IMG/VR virus record: IMGVR_UViG_3300021440_000018
Location: 1 to 64,000 of that record
Reading direction: 5' to 3' (one strand)
Origin: a virus
DNA: 64,000 bases
Under the pieces are notes generated by a model that was not told the origin of the DNA, searched no databases, and saw only the letters and a program-made list of their open reading frames with translations. Of this stretch, positions 36,705 to 46,558 are shown piece by piece. The stretch's first letter is position 1; each line of letters opens with the position of its first letter. Position numbers and translations under genes: made by a program.

Positions 36705-36899
36705 ATGCCAAAGATTCACGTCTCTTTACCGGACCATCTGCTCACGCAGGCCAACAAGGTCTGTGCTGACTGGGGGATGACCCGCAGCAAGCTCATCCAG
36801 GCTGGCCTTGCTCACACCATCAGCGAACTCGAACGGGCCAAGCGCGCGATCGAACTCGCCGCCAAGCACGACCTGATGGGGGAGCCTCGCAATGCCTAG
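36705..36899 (+). CDS. Ribbon-helix-helix (CopG-like) regulator
   Basis: KIHVSLPDHLL…GMTRSKLI. Confidence 0.7.
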   Translation: MPKIHVSLPDHLLTQANKVCADWGMTRSKLIQAGLAHTISELERAKRAIELAAKHDLMGEPRNA

Positions 36900-37395
36900 G
36901 GTGAAGATGACACTGTCCCAGGAGTGTCTGGACAGGCTGGACCAGTGCCGGGAGAAGTTCGGCTCGACCCGCTCCGGGTTCACCGAGCGCGCCGTGCTGC
37001 TTCTGTGCGACTCGACCGACCTGGCCATCGTCGGGGATGAGCCCGCCCGGACGTTGCCCGGGCCACGCCCAACCCCCTCCGCCGTGGCCCATGACCATGC
37101 CTTGGCGGTACCGCCCGAGGCCGGGAACATGCGCTCGATGCCTCGTGGGGACACGCTGTATTGGACCGTGGATGGCGTGTGCGCCACCTTCGGCATCGCC
37201 CCGGAGCAGGTTCGACAGGGTGTCGACGAAGACGATTTCCTCGACGACTACGCGGGGGCTGACTGGGTACCTCAGTCGGCGCTGCGCTCGGCCGCCGTGC
37301 ACTGCGAAGACAAGGTCCTGGCCAAGGTCATCCTGGCCTACGCCCAAGAGAAACTTTCCCGGACCCCGGGACTGCAGAAAGGAGGTGGCATTTGA
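36892..37395 (+). CDS. Protein with N-terminal RHH domain
   Basis: RVKMTLSQECLDRLD…TRSGFTERAV. Confidence 0.6.
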   Translation: MPRVKMTLSQECLDRLDQCREKFGSTRSGFTERAVLLLCDSTDLAIVGDEPARTLPGPRPTPSAVAHDHALAVPPEAGNMRSMPRGDTLYWTVDGVCATFGIAPEQVRQGVDEDDFLDDYAGADWVPQSALRSAAVHCEDKVLAKVILAYAQEKLSRTPGLQKGGGI

Positions 37396-37614
37396 TCGAC
37401 TGATCCACGCTCAGGGAGAACTCTGAGCCCCGACTACACAACAGGAGAATCACATGAAGGCTCATAACAGCGAGCGCTCGAAGTCAGTGCTCAAGCCCAG
37501 GTACCCGCGACTGTGCTTGCTGCGCCTCAAGCGCAAGACGGCCAACGACCTCGACCAATGGTTCGCGGTCGATGACAACCACCACTACGCCCACACCCAC
37601 ACGAGGAACCCACG

Positions 37615-37905
37615 ATGATGTTTCGTACCCCGACAGTTACCGACAGAATCCGGCGCGCCCTGGCCCAGGCCGAGCAGGACTTGATGGACAACCGGGACCG
37701 TGCCCAGTACCACCAGGCCATGGCCGAACTGAACGAGCATCAGGCGCTGGCCGTGAAGTACAGGGTCATGGCCGAGATGAACGAGGGCATGATTGATCGC
37801 TACCGCAGCGAACTCGACATGATCGAGTCGCGTCGGGTGGCGTCACTCAAGAAGGTGCACCCTGCGGTCCAGTTCCTGACGCGGCCCCTGTTCCAGCGCG
37901 CGTAG
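37615..37905 (+). CDS. Hypothetical coiled-coil protein
   Basis: GAGGA RBS. Confidence 0.5.
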   Translation: MMFRTPTVTDRIRRALAQAEQDLMDNRDRAQYHQAMAELNEHQALAVKYRVMAEMNEGMIDRYRSELDMIESRRVASLKKVHPAVQFLTRPLFQRA

Positions 37906-38116
37906 GGGAACCACACCCATGCGAGCCAGGACCAGGTCAGCTTCGTGGGGTCCGCGCCGAGCCAGCGCGGCCTCCAGGACCTTGATCGTCTTGCGCCGAA
38001 TCTGCACCACGTTCACGAGCGGGCTGACGATCCGGGGTTTCACGTCCAAATCGTAACACCGGATTGTCACATTCAAAACCCGGGGCTACACTCTGGCCCC
38101 CTACAGAAGGACTCAC

Positions 38117-38494
38117 ATGAGTTTCCATGACATCAGGCTGAGCGGGGACATCCTGCAAACTGCCTGCCACGATGCCGCCCTCAAGGGCGGTTGGTGGACC
38201 GACCTGAACACAGGCGAACCCAAGGACCGCAACGTCGGCGAGATGCTGTGCTTGATCCACAGCGAGATCAGCGAGGCGATGGAAGGCCATCGCAAGGGGC
38301 TGATGGACGACAAGCTGCCCCACCGCAAGATGATCGAAGTGGAGTTGGCCGACGCCGTCATCCGCATCGCCGACTTGTGCGGGGGCCTGGGCCTCCACCT
38401 CGGAAGTGCCATTGCCGAGAAGCTCGCCTACAACGCCCAGCGCGAAGACCACAAGATTGAAGCTCGCCGGGCTGCGGGCGGAAAGGCGTACTGA
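38117..38494 (+). CDS. MazG-like nucleotide pyrophosphohydrolase
   Basis: LIHSEISEAMEG…EVELADAVIRIADL. Confidence 0.85.
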   Translation: MSFHDIRLSGDILQTACHDAALKGGWWTDLNTGEPKDRNVGEMLCLIHSEISEAMEGHRKGLMDDKLPHRKMIEVELADAVIRIADLCGGLGLHLGSAIAEKLAYNAQREDHKIEARRAAGGKAY

Positions 38495-38552
38495 GATGAA
38501 CACGACCCACACGACCCACACGACCCACACCCCGCACACACAAGGAACCAAC

Positions 38553-39422
38553 ATGAACTTCAAGAGCAACACCGTTCGCACCGCTGAGATGCTGGTGACC
38601 CCGGAGATGGCTGACAAGATGCTGGCGACCAGTGCAGGCAATCGGGTTATCCGCGAGTGGCACGTACGCTACCTGGCTGCCGCCCAGGTGCGTGGGGATT
38701 GGAAGCTGACCCACCAGGGGGCTGCGTTCGACTGGGACGGTCACCTACGTGACGGTCACCACAGACTGCTGGCCTGCGTGGAGTCCGGGGTCACCATTCC
38801 GATCCTGGTGACCGTGGGCATGGACCCGGCCGTGTTCGACGCCGTCGACCAAGGCGTGAACCGCAACCTCGCTGACCTTCTTGGTATGGACAGGCGGATT
38901 GCGGAGCCGCTGCGGCTGGGCGCCCCCATCGCTCATGCAAATCAGCGCCCGTCGATCAGTCAGGTGCGCGCGATCGTGGACGCCGGCCTGGGTGCTGCGG
39001 TTCGTGAGGTCATCGACTACTGTGGCACAGCGCGCAAGTTCTTCTCCAGCGCCCCGGTGCGCCTTGCCGCAGCCGTGTCCATGATGGCCGGGATGGACCG
39101 CACTCACGTGCTGAATCAGTACCGGGCCATGCTTCTGGCCGACTACGACAATATGACTCAGTCTGCCAAGGCCCTGACTCGTCAAGTCGAAACCCAGGGG
39201 CTGAAGGCAGGACAGACCTACGAGACCATTGCCCGCAGTCTGAAGGTGTTCGACCCGTCCAGAGCGAGCTTGACCAAGATCCAGGTTGGCGAGAGCGATG
39301 CTATCTCGGCAGTTGCCTGGGTCCGCGGCGTCCTTCTGACCTCGGTGGGTCAAGTGCCGAAGACCCCTGCGGCCGTGCGGCGTTTGGGCAAGATGCAGGC
39401 AGCGATGGTCGCACGGGTATGA
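38553..39422 (+). CDS. Protein with ParB/Srx-like N-terminal domain
   Basis: VTPEMA..L…NR, GDW.LT.Q, DGHHRL.A, DQG..R. Confidence 0.7.
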   Translation: MNFKSNTVRTAEMLVTPEMADKMLATSAGNRVIREWHVRYLAAAQVRGDWKLTHQGAAFDWDGHLRDGHHRLLACVESGVTIPILVTVGMDPAVFDAVDQGVNRNLADLLGMDRRIAEPLRLGAPIAHANQRPSISQVRAIVDAGLGAAVREVIDYCGTARKFFSSAPVRLAAAVSMMAGMDRTHVLNQYRAMLLADYDNMTQSAKALTRQVETQGLKAGQTYETIARSLKVFDPSRASLTKIQVGESDAISAVAWVRGVLLTSVGQVPKTPAAVRRLGKMQAAMVARV

Positions 39423-39634
39423 CACCCTTCGACCTCGAAGCCTTCAAGGCCGGTGCGCCGGCCTACTTCCTGGGGCGCCCCGTCACCTTCGTGGCGCTGG
39501 TGCCCCAGGCATTTGAGGACCACCGCCTCGTGGTGCTGGACAACGGGCGCATCGCCACGTTCTGCGCCGACGGGAGCTACCTCGCGGGCGGGCCTAGTTC
39601 GGCGGATCTGACGATGACGAAGGACGAACAATGA
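39419..39634 (+). CDS. Hypothetical protein (PFDLEAFKAG family)
   Basis: Conserved small phage motif. Confidence 0.6.
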   Translation: MTPFDLEAFKAGAPAYFLGRPVTFVALVPQAFEDHRLVVLDNGRIATFCADGSYLAGGPSSADLTMTKDEQ

Positions 39635-39783
39635 CGAAGTTTACCGTGCAGGTTCTTCTCCTTGCCATGGCCATTCTGGCTGTGGTGCTTCACAAGGACG
39701 CATCAATCTGGGCCGCGGCCTCGATCGTGGTCTATGCGATGGGTCTGCCCAGAGGGTGACACTTAACGATGAAAGGAACTGAA

Positions 39784-40017
39784 ATGCTCCAGACTCAAGT
39801 CGAAAGCTCCAACATCTCCGCTGTCGGATGGAGCGACGACATCCTGCTGGTGAAGTTCAACCGCGGCGACATCTACCGCTACGACGGTGTGCCTCTGTCG
39901 ACGTACCAGGGACTCATCGGCGCCGACAGCGTTGGCAAGTTCTTCCACGCCAACATCCGGGCCTACCCCTACGTCAAGGTGGAGGCCAGCGTGGCGCAGG
40001 AGATGGGGTTTCACTGA
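39784..40017 (+). CDS. KTSC-domain protein
   Basis: VESSNISAVGW…FNRGDIYRYDGVP…ADSVGKFFHANIR. Confidence 0.9.
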   Translation: MLQTQVESSNISAVGWSDDILLVKFNRGDIYRYDGVPLSTYQGLIGADSVGKFFHANIRAYPYVKVEASVAQEMGFH

Positions 40018-40034
40018 TGTAAGCGAAGCTCGGG

Positions 40035-40063
40035 CTGACAGAAACCTGTCAGGTTTCTGTCAG
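40035..40063. promoter_or_regulatory. 29-bp palindromic operator-like site
   Basis: CTGACAGAAACCTG-T-CAGGTTTCTGTCAG, intergenic, before the replication genes. Confidence 0.65.
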
Positions 40064-40095
40064 AATGTAAGGTTCACATAAGAAAGGCAACAACA

Positions 40096-40557
40096 GTGGT
40101 TCACGAATACTCCCCCCTGCCCAGGCATATGTACGAGTTGCAGGGGGCGGAAGACTGCGATGTCCGGGCCATAGGGCGGCTCGAAAGGTCCACAGCGATC
40201 TGGAACCTGTATTGGATGTCGGTACCTGCTCTGGACCTGATCCCCGGTTCGGGGGCGGACTGGTGGAAGGTCTACAGCCCGGCCGCCGATGTCGCTGCCA
40301 CCCTGGCCTCTGATGTCATGGACGACGAGGTGTTCTTCCGCAAGCTCACGATGCACCCGCAGTCGTTCGGTGCCTGGTTCGAGCGCGAGGACCTGACCAT
40401 CTTCGACGCCTACCCCCTCATGGGCTGCGAGAACTGGCGCACCATCGTCATGGCCCGCGCACAGGAGGCGATGGAGCGCATGCGCCTGGGCGGCGGCAGC
40501 GTCCTGGGAAAGTCTCGCAACGTGGTCTATGCTAACTTCGGGCGTCGTTTTGCATGA
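40096..40557 (+). CDS. Hypothetical protein
   Basis: Coupled to the helicase gene. Confidence 0.55.
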   Translation: MVHEYSPLPRHMYELQGAEDCDVRAIGRLERSTAIWNLYWMSVPALDLIPGSGADWWKVYSPAADVAATLASDVMDDEVFFRKLTMHPQSFGAWFEREDLTIFDAYPLMGCENWRTIVMARAQEAMERMRLGGGSVLGKSRNVVYANFGRRFA

Positions 40558-42959
40558 CGCCGTTCGAGGTCGTACAGCAGCACTACCAGTTCCCCGACTA
40601 CATCAAACCCCACCCGCTGCAGGTGGGTGTGATCAACGATCTGGCCCCCCTTCCTAACCAAGGGGAGTGGCTGGAGATGGGCTGTGTAGACTCCGAGACG
40701 GAGTACCTGAGTCCCACGGGGTGGGTGAAGATGCCCGAATACGCTGGCGGTCCGGTGGCTCAGTTCTCCCCCGAGCCTGGCCTCGGCCGCCAGCTTGGGC
40801 GCCTTCAGTTCGTAGAGCCGCTGCGCTACATCAAGGAACCCTGCGGCGACATGGTGGTGTTCCGCACTGCCCGCGGCATGGACCAGAAGCTGAGCCCGGA
40901 GCACCGGGTACTGCACGTATCCGCGACGGGGGTGCTGGAGGTCAACACCGCGCAGGAAATCATGGAGAGAGATGCCCGGTGCAAGTTGGGGCTCAAGCGG
41001 TTCTTCCTGACCACGGCCCACTACGACGGGGGGCCCGGGCTTGATCTGTCGGAGTGGGATCTTCGGTTGCAGGTAGCGGTCATTGCCGACGGGCACTTTC
41101 CGAACGGTGGGAGCAAGTGCTTTGTACGCGTGAAGAAGCCGCGGAAGATCGAGCGGATGCGCTGGCTGCTGAAGAACTCTGGCCGGGAGTTCACCGAGAT
41201 GAACGAACCCTGGAAAGGGTGCGAAGGTTTTGTCAGATTCGCATTTCAGGCACCTATCAAGGTAAAGGTCTTCGACGCCCGTTTCTATTCGGCAAGCCGG
41301 GCTCAACTGGAGATCATCGAGAGCGAGGTGTTTCTTTGGGATGGGAGTCAGCCTCGCAACCCCAACAAGGGGAGATCGTTTCACTCCTCACAGAAGGAGT
41401 CTGCGGACTTCGTCCAGTTCGTGCTGTGTGCGTTGGGCTCCCGAGCCTATCGAAGCTACCACCTGCGTGTGCGCAGCGGCCGACCGGACAGCCACGAGTA
41501 CACGGTGGTGGAGAGCAAGGGCCCTAACCTGGTGGGAATTTCAGGCACGTCCCCCGGCCCGGACGGGGCTGTGGTCAAACGCCGCAACATCTGGGTGGAG
41601 CCCAGTACCGACGGATTCAAATACTGCTTCGAGGTGCCGTCGTCATTCCTGGTACTCCGGCGCAACGGAAACATCTTCGTCACTGGGAACTGCGGCAAGA
41701 CCTACTGCAGCACGATCGGCGCCCTCTACAACAAGATCACGCTCGGCCACGCCGTCGTCGTCATCATGCCCCCCATCCTGGTTCGACAGTGGGGGCGCTG
41801 GCTGCGCAGCATCAAGCCGGCCCTGAGCGTGACCGAGTACCGGGGAACGCCGGCCGAGCGCAAGAAGCTGGATCTGTCTGCTGACTTCGTGCTCGTCGGT
41901 GTGCAGATTTTCAAGAAGGACTTCGATCGGTTCTGCGCCGAGTACCGGGACCGCGGCGTCACCGTCATCGTGGACGAAGCCACGATGCTGAGCAACATCA
42001 ACAGCGACAACCACAGCAAGGTCTTCGACTTCTGCATCGGGCGCCCTCGCATCCTGCTATCCGGGACCCCGATGAACAAGCCGCTGGACGTGTACGGACT
42101 GCTCAAGTTCACCACGCCGGGGACCTACCGCAACAAGCGACAGTTCGAGAACTTGCACGTGGCCGATCGGGACTTCTTCGGCAACCCGAGTGCGTACAAG
42201 GACCTCGACCTCCTGGGCCAGAACCTGATGCTGAACTCGCGGCGCATCCTCTACGAGGATATGTACAGCGAGACCGAGCAGCCGCTGTACGTGCCGCTGG
42301 ACTACGACCTGGACCCTGCCCACTACAAGCTGTACAAGAGGCTGGCCGACGAGGAGATCCTGAAGCTGCCTGACGGCGGCAAGGTCGAGGCCACCACGGT
42401 CAACAAGCTGCTGCACGCCCTCGGCCAGATCGTCGTCAACTGGGGGCACTTCGCCGGGGATCCCAAGCTCGTGTCCAACAGCATCAACCTGATCGAGGAG
42501 AAGCTGGAGGAACTGGGAGACGGCAAGCTGCTGGTCTTCGCCAACTACCGCATGTCGATCGCCGCGCTACGCCAGCACCTGGGGCACCGCGGCATCGTCA
42601 CGGTCAACTCCGAGATCACCGAGAAGCAGAAAGAGGAGAACCTCCTGCGCTTCATGGAGGATCCCGCGTGCCGGGTGATGGCGGCCCAGTTCGTTTCCGC
42701 GGGCAAAGGGCTGGACGGCATGCAGCACGTCTGCCATCATGCGCTCTTCGTCGAGCCCTGCCAGCAGCCGCGTGATTTTCACCAAGCGGTTGCCCGGTTG
42801 AACCGCCTCGGCCAACGCAAGAGGGTGATGGTCATGATGGCCACGGCATCTGGTACAACCCAGGTCCGTGGCTTTCGCAACCTCATCAAGAATGACACTT
42901 TGGTAAACCAGGTAATCCGCAACGCAGTGGACTTGAAGGAGGCCATCTTCGGCCAATGA
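40554..42959 (+). CDS. SF2 (SNF2-like) helicase containing an intein
   Basis: After splicing: EMGCGKT, IVDEAT, LSGTP, GLDGMQ, QAVARLNRLGQ. Confidence 0.9.
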   Translation: MTPFEVVQQHYQFPDYIKPHPLQVGVINDLAPLPNQGEWLEMGCVDSETEYLSPTGWVKMPEYAGGPVAQFSPEPGLGRQLGRLQFVEPLRYIKEPCGDMVVFRTARGMDQKLSPEHRVLHVSATGVLEVNTAQEIMERDARCKLGLKRFFLTTAHYDGGPGLDLSEWDLRLQVAVIADGHFPNGGSKCFVRVKKPRKIERMRWLLKNSGREFTEMNEPWKGCEGFVRFAFQAPIKVKVFDARFYSASRAQLEIIESEVFLWDGSQPRNPNKGRSFHSSQKESADFVQFVLCALGSRAYRSYHLRVRSGRPDSHEYTVVESKGPNLVGISGTSPGPDGAVVKRRNIWVEPSTDGFKYCFEVPSSFLVLRRNGNIFVTGNCGKTYCSTIGALYNKITLGHAVVVIMPPILVRQWGRWLRSIKPALSVTEYRGTPAERKKLDLSADFVLVGVQIFKKDFDRFCAEYRDRGVTVIVDEATMLSNINSDNHSKVFDFCIGRPRILLSGTPMNKPLDVYGLLKFTTPGTYRNKRQFENLHVADRDFFGNPSAYKDLDLLGQNLMLNSRRILYEDMYSETEQPLYVPLDYDLDPAHYKLYKRLADEEILKLPDGGKVEATTVNKLLHALGQIVVNWGHFAGDPKLVSNSINLIEEKLEELGDGKLLVFANYRMSIAALRQHLGHRGIVTVNSEITEKQKEENLLRFMEDPACRVMAAQFVSAGKGLDGMQHVCHHALFVEPCQQPRDFHQAVARLNRLGQRKRVMVMMATASGTTQVRGFRNLIKNDTLVNQVIRNAVDLKEAIFGQ
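40683..41690 (+). mobile_element. Intein (336 aa) with LAGLIDADG-like endonuclease, inserted in the Walker A motif
   Basis: Starts CVDSETEYL, block B SPEHRV, AVIADG and LWDG motifs, ends YCFEVP…VTGN, +1 residue Cys. Confidence 0.9.
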
Positions 42960-43029
42960 CGGGCCGGTCGCGCATTGACAGTTTTGCTGGTTGGGAAGCT
43001 ACTTACGGCCCTTTGGGCCAAACAAAACA

Positions 43030-43518
43030 ATGATCAAAGAAGACTTCATGGGGGCAGAGGAACACTTCGGAGTCCTCGTCGGGCAACTTCATCCTGAGTC
43101 CCGTGCCCTGTACGACACGTCATACCACCTGAGAATCGAGACTGCCTACAAAGGCCGCAACTTCATCCTGTACGAGGTGGAAGACGGCCTGCCCAAGGTC
43201 CTGGACCGCGTCATCGTCCGGGACTTCGAGTGCAACGAGAAGGACGGGGCATCGACCCAAGTCACACTGCAGTCCACCGACGAAGAGCGCATCATCGGCT
43301 ACGGCCCTGAGCAGGTGTTCGACTTCCCCGTGTTCATGTGGCTGCCACTCACCAGCCGCGTACGCTGGGGGGCCCCGGCCAGCAACCCGTACAAGGGTTC
43401 GCTCGGTTTTCCCCTGGTGCTGAAGACCAAGTCCCGGCTGAGTCTGAGGGAACCAGGGGTCGTGTACTGCGAGACGGCTGCCAGCTTCGCCGCCGAATTC
43501 GGCAACGCCTATTTCTGA
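43030..43518 (+). CDS. Hypothetical protein
   Basis: Codon bias; start uncertain. Confidence 0.55.
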   Translation: MIKEDFMGAEEHFGVLVGQLHPESRALYDTSYHLRIETAYKGRNFILYEVEDGLPKVLDRVIVRDFECNEKDGASTQVTLQSTDEERIIGYGPEQVFDFPVFMWLPLTSRVRWGAPASNPYKGSLGFPLVLKTKSRLSLREPGVVYCETAASFAAEFGNAYF

Positions 43519-43530
43519 CGGAGGCGCGTC

Positions 43531-46467
43531 ATGGCCTCCAACTGGTTCTTCCAGTACCAGCGCCACGGCGGTGAAGACGCCTGGGTGCTGGACTTTGCCG
43601 ACAACAAGGCGAAGGTGCTGGCGGAGATCCGCCCCGCCTTCACCACCGCCCTCGACCTGAGCGCCATCCCGGACGATGGTGACTGGTCCAAGGTCCGCTA
43701 CCGCGGGCCCATGTACTTCGACTTCGATGCAGCCGGCGACTTGCCGCTGGCGTGCACCCAGTTCCTGATCTTCCTGGACAAGCTGGAGAATGAGTTCGGG
43801 TTCGACCTGAAGCAGGCGTCGCTGTTCCTGTCGGGGGGCAAGGGGTTCCACATCACGATCCCGGCCGAGTGCTTCCAGCCCAAGGTGCCGGCGACCGGCA
43901 CCGCCTGGTTGCCCTACGTGTACCGCACCATGGCCGAAGCCATGGTCGTCGACACCATGGACTTGCTGGTCTACACCGGCAAGCGTGGGCGCATGTGGCG
44001 CACGGCAAACGTGCAGCGGGACAGCGGGACCTACAAGGTGCCTATCACGCCGGAGGAGGCGTGGACGATCACCCCGGACCTGTACGCCGAACTGTGTGCT
44101 GCTCCCCGCGAAGTGCCCCCGCCCTCGCCCGCGTCGTGCAACAGCAAGCTCGCCATGCTGTTCAACCTCGCCAGGGAGAAGGTCGTCGCCAAGATGCGCG
44201 GCAAGAAGAAGCGCGTCGAGCAGGCCAGCACGCTGCTCGATCCCTGGCGCAAGTCGAAGACGCACCCGCCGACCATGCTCGGGCTGATGGACGGGTCCCT
44301 GGTCAACCCCGACGCCGGGTTCCAGAGCCTGTCGATGCAGCTTGCCATCTACGCCACCACCGTTGGGTTGGGGCTGGATGAGTACCTGGAGCGCTGCCGC
44401 GGCCTGTGCGAGAACCACGTCAGCGACAGCTACCGCTACAACACCTTCGCCAAGCGGCAGGAGGAGTTGGCCCGGATGTGGCGCTACATGGCCGAGGACA
44501 ACAGCGAGTACGACTACGCCGTCGGACCCCTGGTGAACCTGGTCAAGCCCGGCGTGTCATGTCCCGACCTGGGCGTCATGGCCACCGAGGATACCGGCGA
44601 CGTGCGCGACGACGTGCATGTGGCTGCGCCGGCCGCCTCAGGGGAGGAAGGTGACGCGCCCCCCGTGATCGATGCCCACATGGGCATTCGTCGGGGTGTG
44701 TTCATGAACGCCGACGGCATTTTCAAGCGAGGCAACGATACGGTGGAATCTCTGTGTCGAGCCTCGATACGGAAGGTCGATGCGTTCTACCACGCCGACA
44801 CCAAGAACTTCCAGGGCTACCAGTTCAACCTCACTGCTCACGGCATGACGAAGAAGGGGGTCCTGCTGGGGGCCGATGCGTTCACCTCGGCCAATTCGCT
44901 GCGGAAGTTCTTCGCCGCGCATCAACTGTCCTTTATGGGGGGTGAGCCGGAGACGGCCGCCCTGCTCGACATCATGAGTGAAAAAGCTGCAAAGGGCGGG
45001 CGAGTGTTCGTCTACCCGAGAGAGGGGTTCTTCATCATCAACAACCCCCTGCTCGATGAGCCGACCCCGGTCAAGGTCTACCTCACCGAGCACGCGTTCA
45101 TGTCCTCGGTGCCGGTCGAAGACCCGGCCTACTTCCGCATGCGGTACCGGCCGGAGTCGGCGACCAACACCTACAACATCGACATCCATCGAGCCCCCGA
45201 GCTTGACGAGACGATGGTGCCCGCGCTGCACGATCTGCTCTCCTTCAACCGTCACGATGTGGTTGCCGATATGGTGGGCTGGTTCGTGGCCTGCCACTAT
45301 CGCAGCGTGTACCTGCACTTGTTCAGGCAGTTCCCATTGCTGCAAATGTACGGCGAGGCGGGCTCTGGAAAGACGCAGACTACGCTGATGCTCGGACACC
45401 TGCACTGGTACATGAACGAGGTCTCGTTGCGCAGCGCCTCCAGCGACACACCGTACGTCGTCGACTGCTACGCCAGCAGCAGTACCAGTGCCCCGTATCT
45501 GATCGACGAGTTCAAGCCCCGGGAGATGCGGGCGCTCAACGGTGCCAGGCACCCGAAGCTGAAGGACGTGTTCAAGGCCAGCTACGTGGGCAGTTCTGCA
45601 GGGGGCCGGGGGACCGTGAACAAAGCGGCGGCCGACAACCCCATGGCGACGATCAACTCCCGGTGCACGGCCCCTATCGCGTTCATGGCCGAAGCCATCG
45701 AGATGGAGACCGCGATCATCGAGCGCAGTGTGTGCGTCAACTTCTCGAAGTCATACCTCACGAACCAGCGCAAGCAGGCGTTCAAGCGTTTGGAGCATAG
45801 TCACCGGGCTATCTCGGCCCTGGGGCGAGAGATCGTCGAGTGCGGATTCGGCCTGGACCTGGATGAGAAGCGGGCGTCGGTGGAGTCGATCATCGCCGAC
45901 ATCAACGCCGGTCTCCCCGACTTCGACGACCTTGAGGCGAAGCGGCCGTCGGAGCGCTCGATCTTCAACCGCGCCGTCATCATCGACTCCTTGCGCACGC
46001 TTAAGGTCATCTTGAAGCGGCGCTTCGGCACGGAGTTCGACGCTCCCATCGATGCACTGCTGGAATGGAAGGCCGACGAGGCGGCATCCGAGCAGGCCAA
46101 GGTCATTCAGTCCTTGGGCATCAGCGAAATCTCCAAGGTGCTCAACCGCATCTCGCTGCTCAGCCAGGACGTGGGCCGCAGTTGGGAGATGCGCGAGGAC
46201 AAGGACTACATCGTCGGCGACGGATGGGTCGAGATCAAGCTGGCCAGAGCTTACGACAACTACCGGCTGTTCTGTTCGGCCACCAACGACACTCCGCTGT
46301 TCGACTCGCTGGACACGTTCATCCATGCTACCAACTCGTACTCGCCGTGCATCGACAGGTTGTGCGTCAACTCCGAGTTGCGTGCTGACGGCAGCAGCGA
46401 GCGCATCGCCAGATTCGACACAACCAAACTGACCAGAGAGGGGGTACAGACTTTCAACAAAAGGTGA
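43531..46467 (+). CDS. AEP primase fused to a P-loop helicase-like domain
   Basis: YFDFD and SGGKGFHI primase motifs; GEAGSGKT and LIDEF. Confidence 0.85.
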   Translation: MASNWFFQYQRHGGEDAWVLDFADNKAKVLAEIRPAFTTALDLSAIPDDGDWSKVRYRGPMYFDFDAAGDLPLACTQFLIFLDKLENEFGFDLKQASLFLSGGKGFHITIPAECFQPKVPATGTAWLPYVYRTMAEAMVVDTMDLLVYTGKRGRMWRTANVQRDSGTYKVPITPEEAWTITPDLYAELCAAPREVPPPSPASCNSKLAMLFNLAREKVVAKMRGKKKRVEQASTLLDPWRKSKTHPPTMLGLMDGSLVNPDAGFQSLSMQLAIYATTVGLGLDEYLERCRGLCENHVSDSYRYNTFAKRQEELARMWRYMAEDNSEYDYAVGPLVNLVKPGVSCPDLGVMATEDTGDVRDDVHVAAPAASGEEGDAPPVIDAHMGIRRGVFMNADGIFKRGNDTVESLCRASIRKVDAFYHADTKNFQGYQFNLTAHGMTKKGVLLGADAFTSANSLRKFFAAHQLSFMGGEPETAALLDIMSEKAAKGGRVFVYPREGFFIINNPLLDEPTPVKVYLTEHAFMSSVPVEDPAYFRMRYRPESATNTYNIDIHRAPELDETMVPALHDLLSFNRHDVVADMVGWFVACHYRSVYLHLFRQFPLLQMYGEAGSGKTQTTLMLGHLHWYMNEVSLRSASSDTPYVVDCYASSSTSAPYLIDEFKPREMRALNGARHPKLKDVFKASYVGSSAGGRGTVNKAAADNPMATINSRCTAPIAFMAEAIEMETAIIERSVCVNFSKSYLTNQRKQAFKRLEHSHRAISALGREIVECGFGLDLDEKRASVESIIADINAGLPDFDDLEAKRPSERSIFNRAVIIDSLRTLKVILKRRFGTEFDAPIDALLEWKADEAASEQAKVIQSLGISEISKVLNRISLLSQDVGRSWEMREDKDYIVGDGWVEIKLARAYDNYRLFCSATNDTPLFDSLDTFIHATNSYSPCIDRLCVNSELRADGSSERIARFDTTKLTREGVQTFNKR

Positions 46468-46496
46468 TTGACACTTCGTTCCGTTAGGAACATACT
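46468..46496 (+). promoter_or_regulatory. sigma70-like promoter for the SSB operon
   Basis: TTGACA-17-CATACT. Confidence 0.65.
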
Positions 46497-46558
46497 CGCG
46501 CCCCACGACGGGAAGTAGCCTGTCGTGGTGACAATGAAACTGATTGAAGGAAACGAAA

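Noticed and set aside
38553-39422. ParABS partition system with the parS-like site
   Set aside because: Only a ParB-like N-terminal motif is present; no ParA and no clear parS-binding HTH were seen.
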